Shown here: positions 63,840 to 64,000 of the stretch, one piece after another | Position numbering within the stretch: position 1 is the first letter of the stretch | Layout of the letters: every line of letters starts with the position of its first letter | Source of the DNA: Chthoniobacterales bacterium | GTDB lineage: Bacteria; Verrucomicrobiota; Verrucomicrobiia; Chthoniobacterales; UBA10450 | NCBI GenBank assembly: GCA_035536995.1 | Contig: DATLNB010000047.1 | Location: forward strand, 1,047 to 65,046 | DNA: 64,000 nt | Reading direction: 5' to 3' | Program-made: the position numbers and the translations under genes | The notes under the pieces: model-generated | Databases searched by the model: none | The model's input: the letters and a program-made list of their open reading frames with translations, nothing else | Told to the model about the DNA's origin: nothing

Positions 63840-64000
63840 ATGCTGACCGCTCATCTGAAGGCTGCTCCGTCCGAGACCGGGCCCGGGATCACGTTCCCGC
63901 CGAGCTCGGCTGAGAAACGTGTCTTGCCCAATGGCCTGACAATCATTGTGCAGGTGGACCGGAGCGCGCCGGTGGCGAGCGTCCAGGCCTGGTGTGGGAC
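63840..64000 (+). CDS. M16 (pitrilysin/insulinase) family peptidase, 3'-truncated by the window edge
   Basis: Hand translation from the ATG at 63840: MLTAHLKAAPSETGPGITFPPSSAEKRVLPNGLTIIVQVDRSAPVASVQAWCG. This is the typical M16 N-terminal strand pattern (LPNGL.v....d..aP.vsv..w). The frame is open to the end of the window. Confidence 0.6.
   Translation, partial: MLTAHLKAAPSETGPGITFPPSSAEKRVLPNGLTIIVQVDRSAPVASVQAWCG

Overview
GC-rich (by eye), almost gap-free bacterial chromosomal segment. Several genes point to a soil Verrucomicrobiota-like organism, though this is inference, not a search result: an ECF43-type sigma factor paired with a Ser/Thr kinase, a Minf_1886-like protein, and many secreted TPR or repeat proteins. 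No transposase, integrase, phage gene, CRISPR array or rRNA was seen. The left ~37 kb is signalling and accessory. It holds two adjacent hybrid histidine kinases and a secreted-protein/CHASE2-cyclase/TPR-CHAT operon. Next come a stand-alone SLOG-like protein convergent with a TPR-SLOG-like-cyclase fusion. A minus-strand array follows: ECF sigma, short anti-sigma-like protein, GAF, signal-less S8 protease and a degenerate CobW/COG0523 protein with a His-rich tail. The region also contains tRNA-Arg(TCG), a secreted M10 metalloprotease and a PAP2/vanadium-haloperoxidase-like protein that share a tandem C-terminal ~125-aa module, an ECF43-like sigma plus Ser/Thr kinase, secreted peptidases, an OmpR-type two-component pair and tRNA-His(GTG). 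The right ~27 kb is housekeeping: acnA, peroxiredoxin, RNase P RNA, rpsI-rplM, proS, frr-pyrH, fmt, adk, rpmA-rplU, rsmI and putA, interspersed with small DUF-type genes. The best candidate for an undescribed system is at 26.7-30.1 kb. A 105-aa ORF has an NHLP/Nif11-like leader and a C-terminal tail rich in Cys, Thr, Tyr, Met and Trp. It lies tail-to-tail with a stand-alone LanM-type dehydratase domain protein (DUF4135-like, no LanC cyclase domain) and an animal-type heme peroxidase. The ORF starts 12 nt after the Ser/Thr kinase stop. Other points worth a second look are the SLOG-like/cyclase pair, the periplasmic CHAT/CHASE2 module, the sigma-GAF-S8-pseudoGTPase array, the recurring C-terminal module, a frameshifted dioxygenase-like gene, and several structured intergenic elements.
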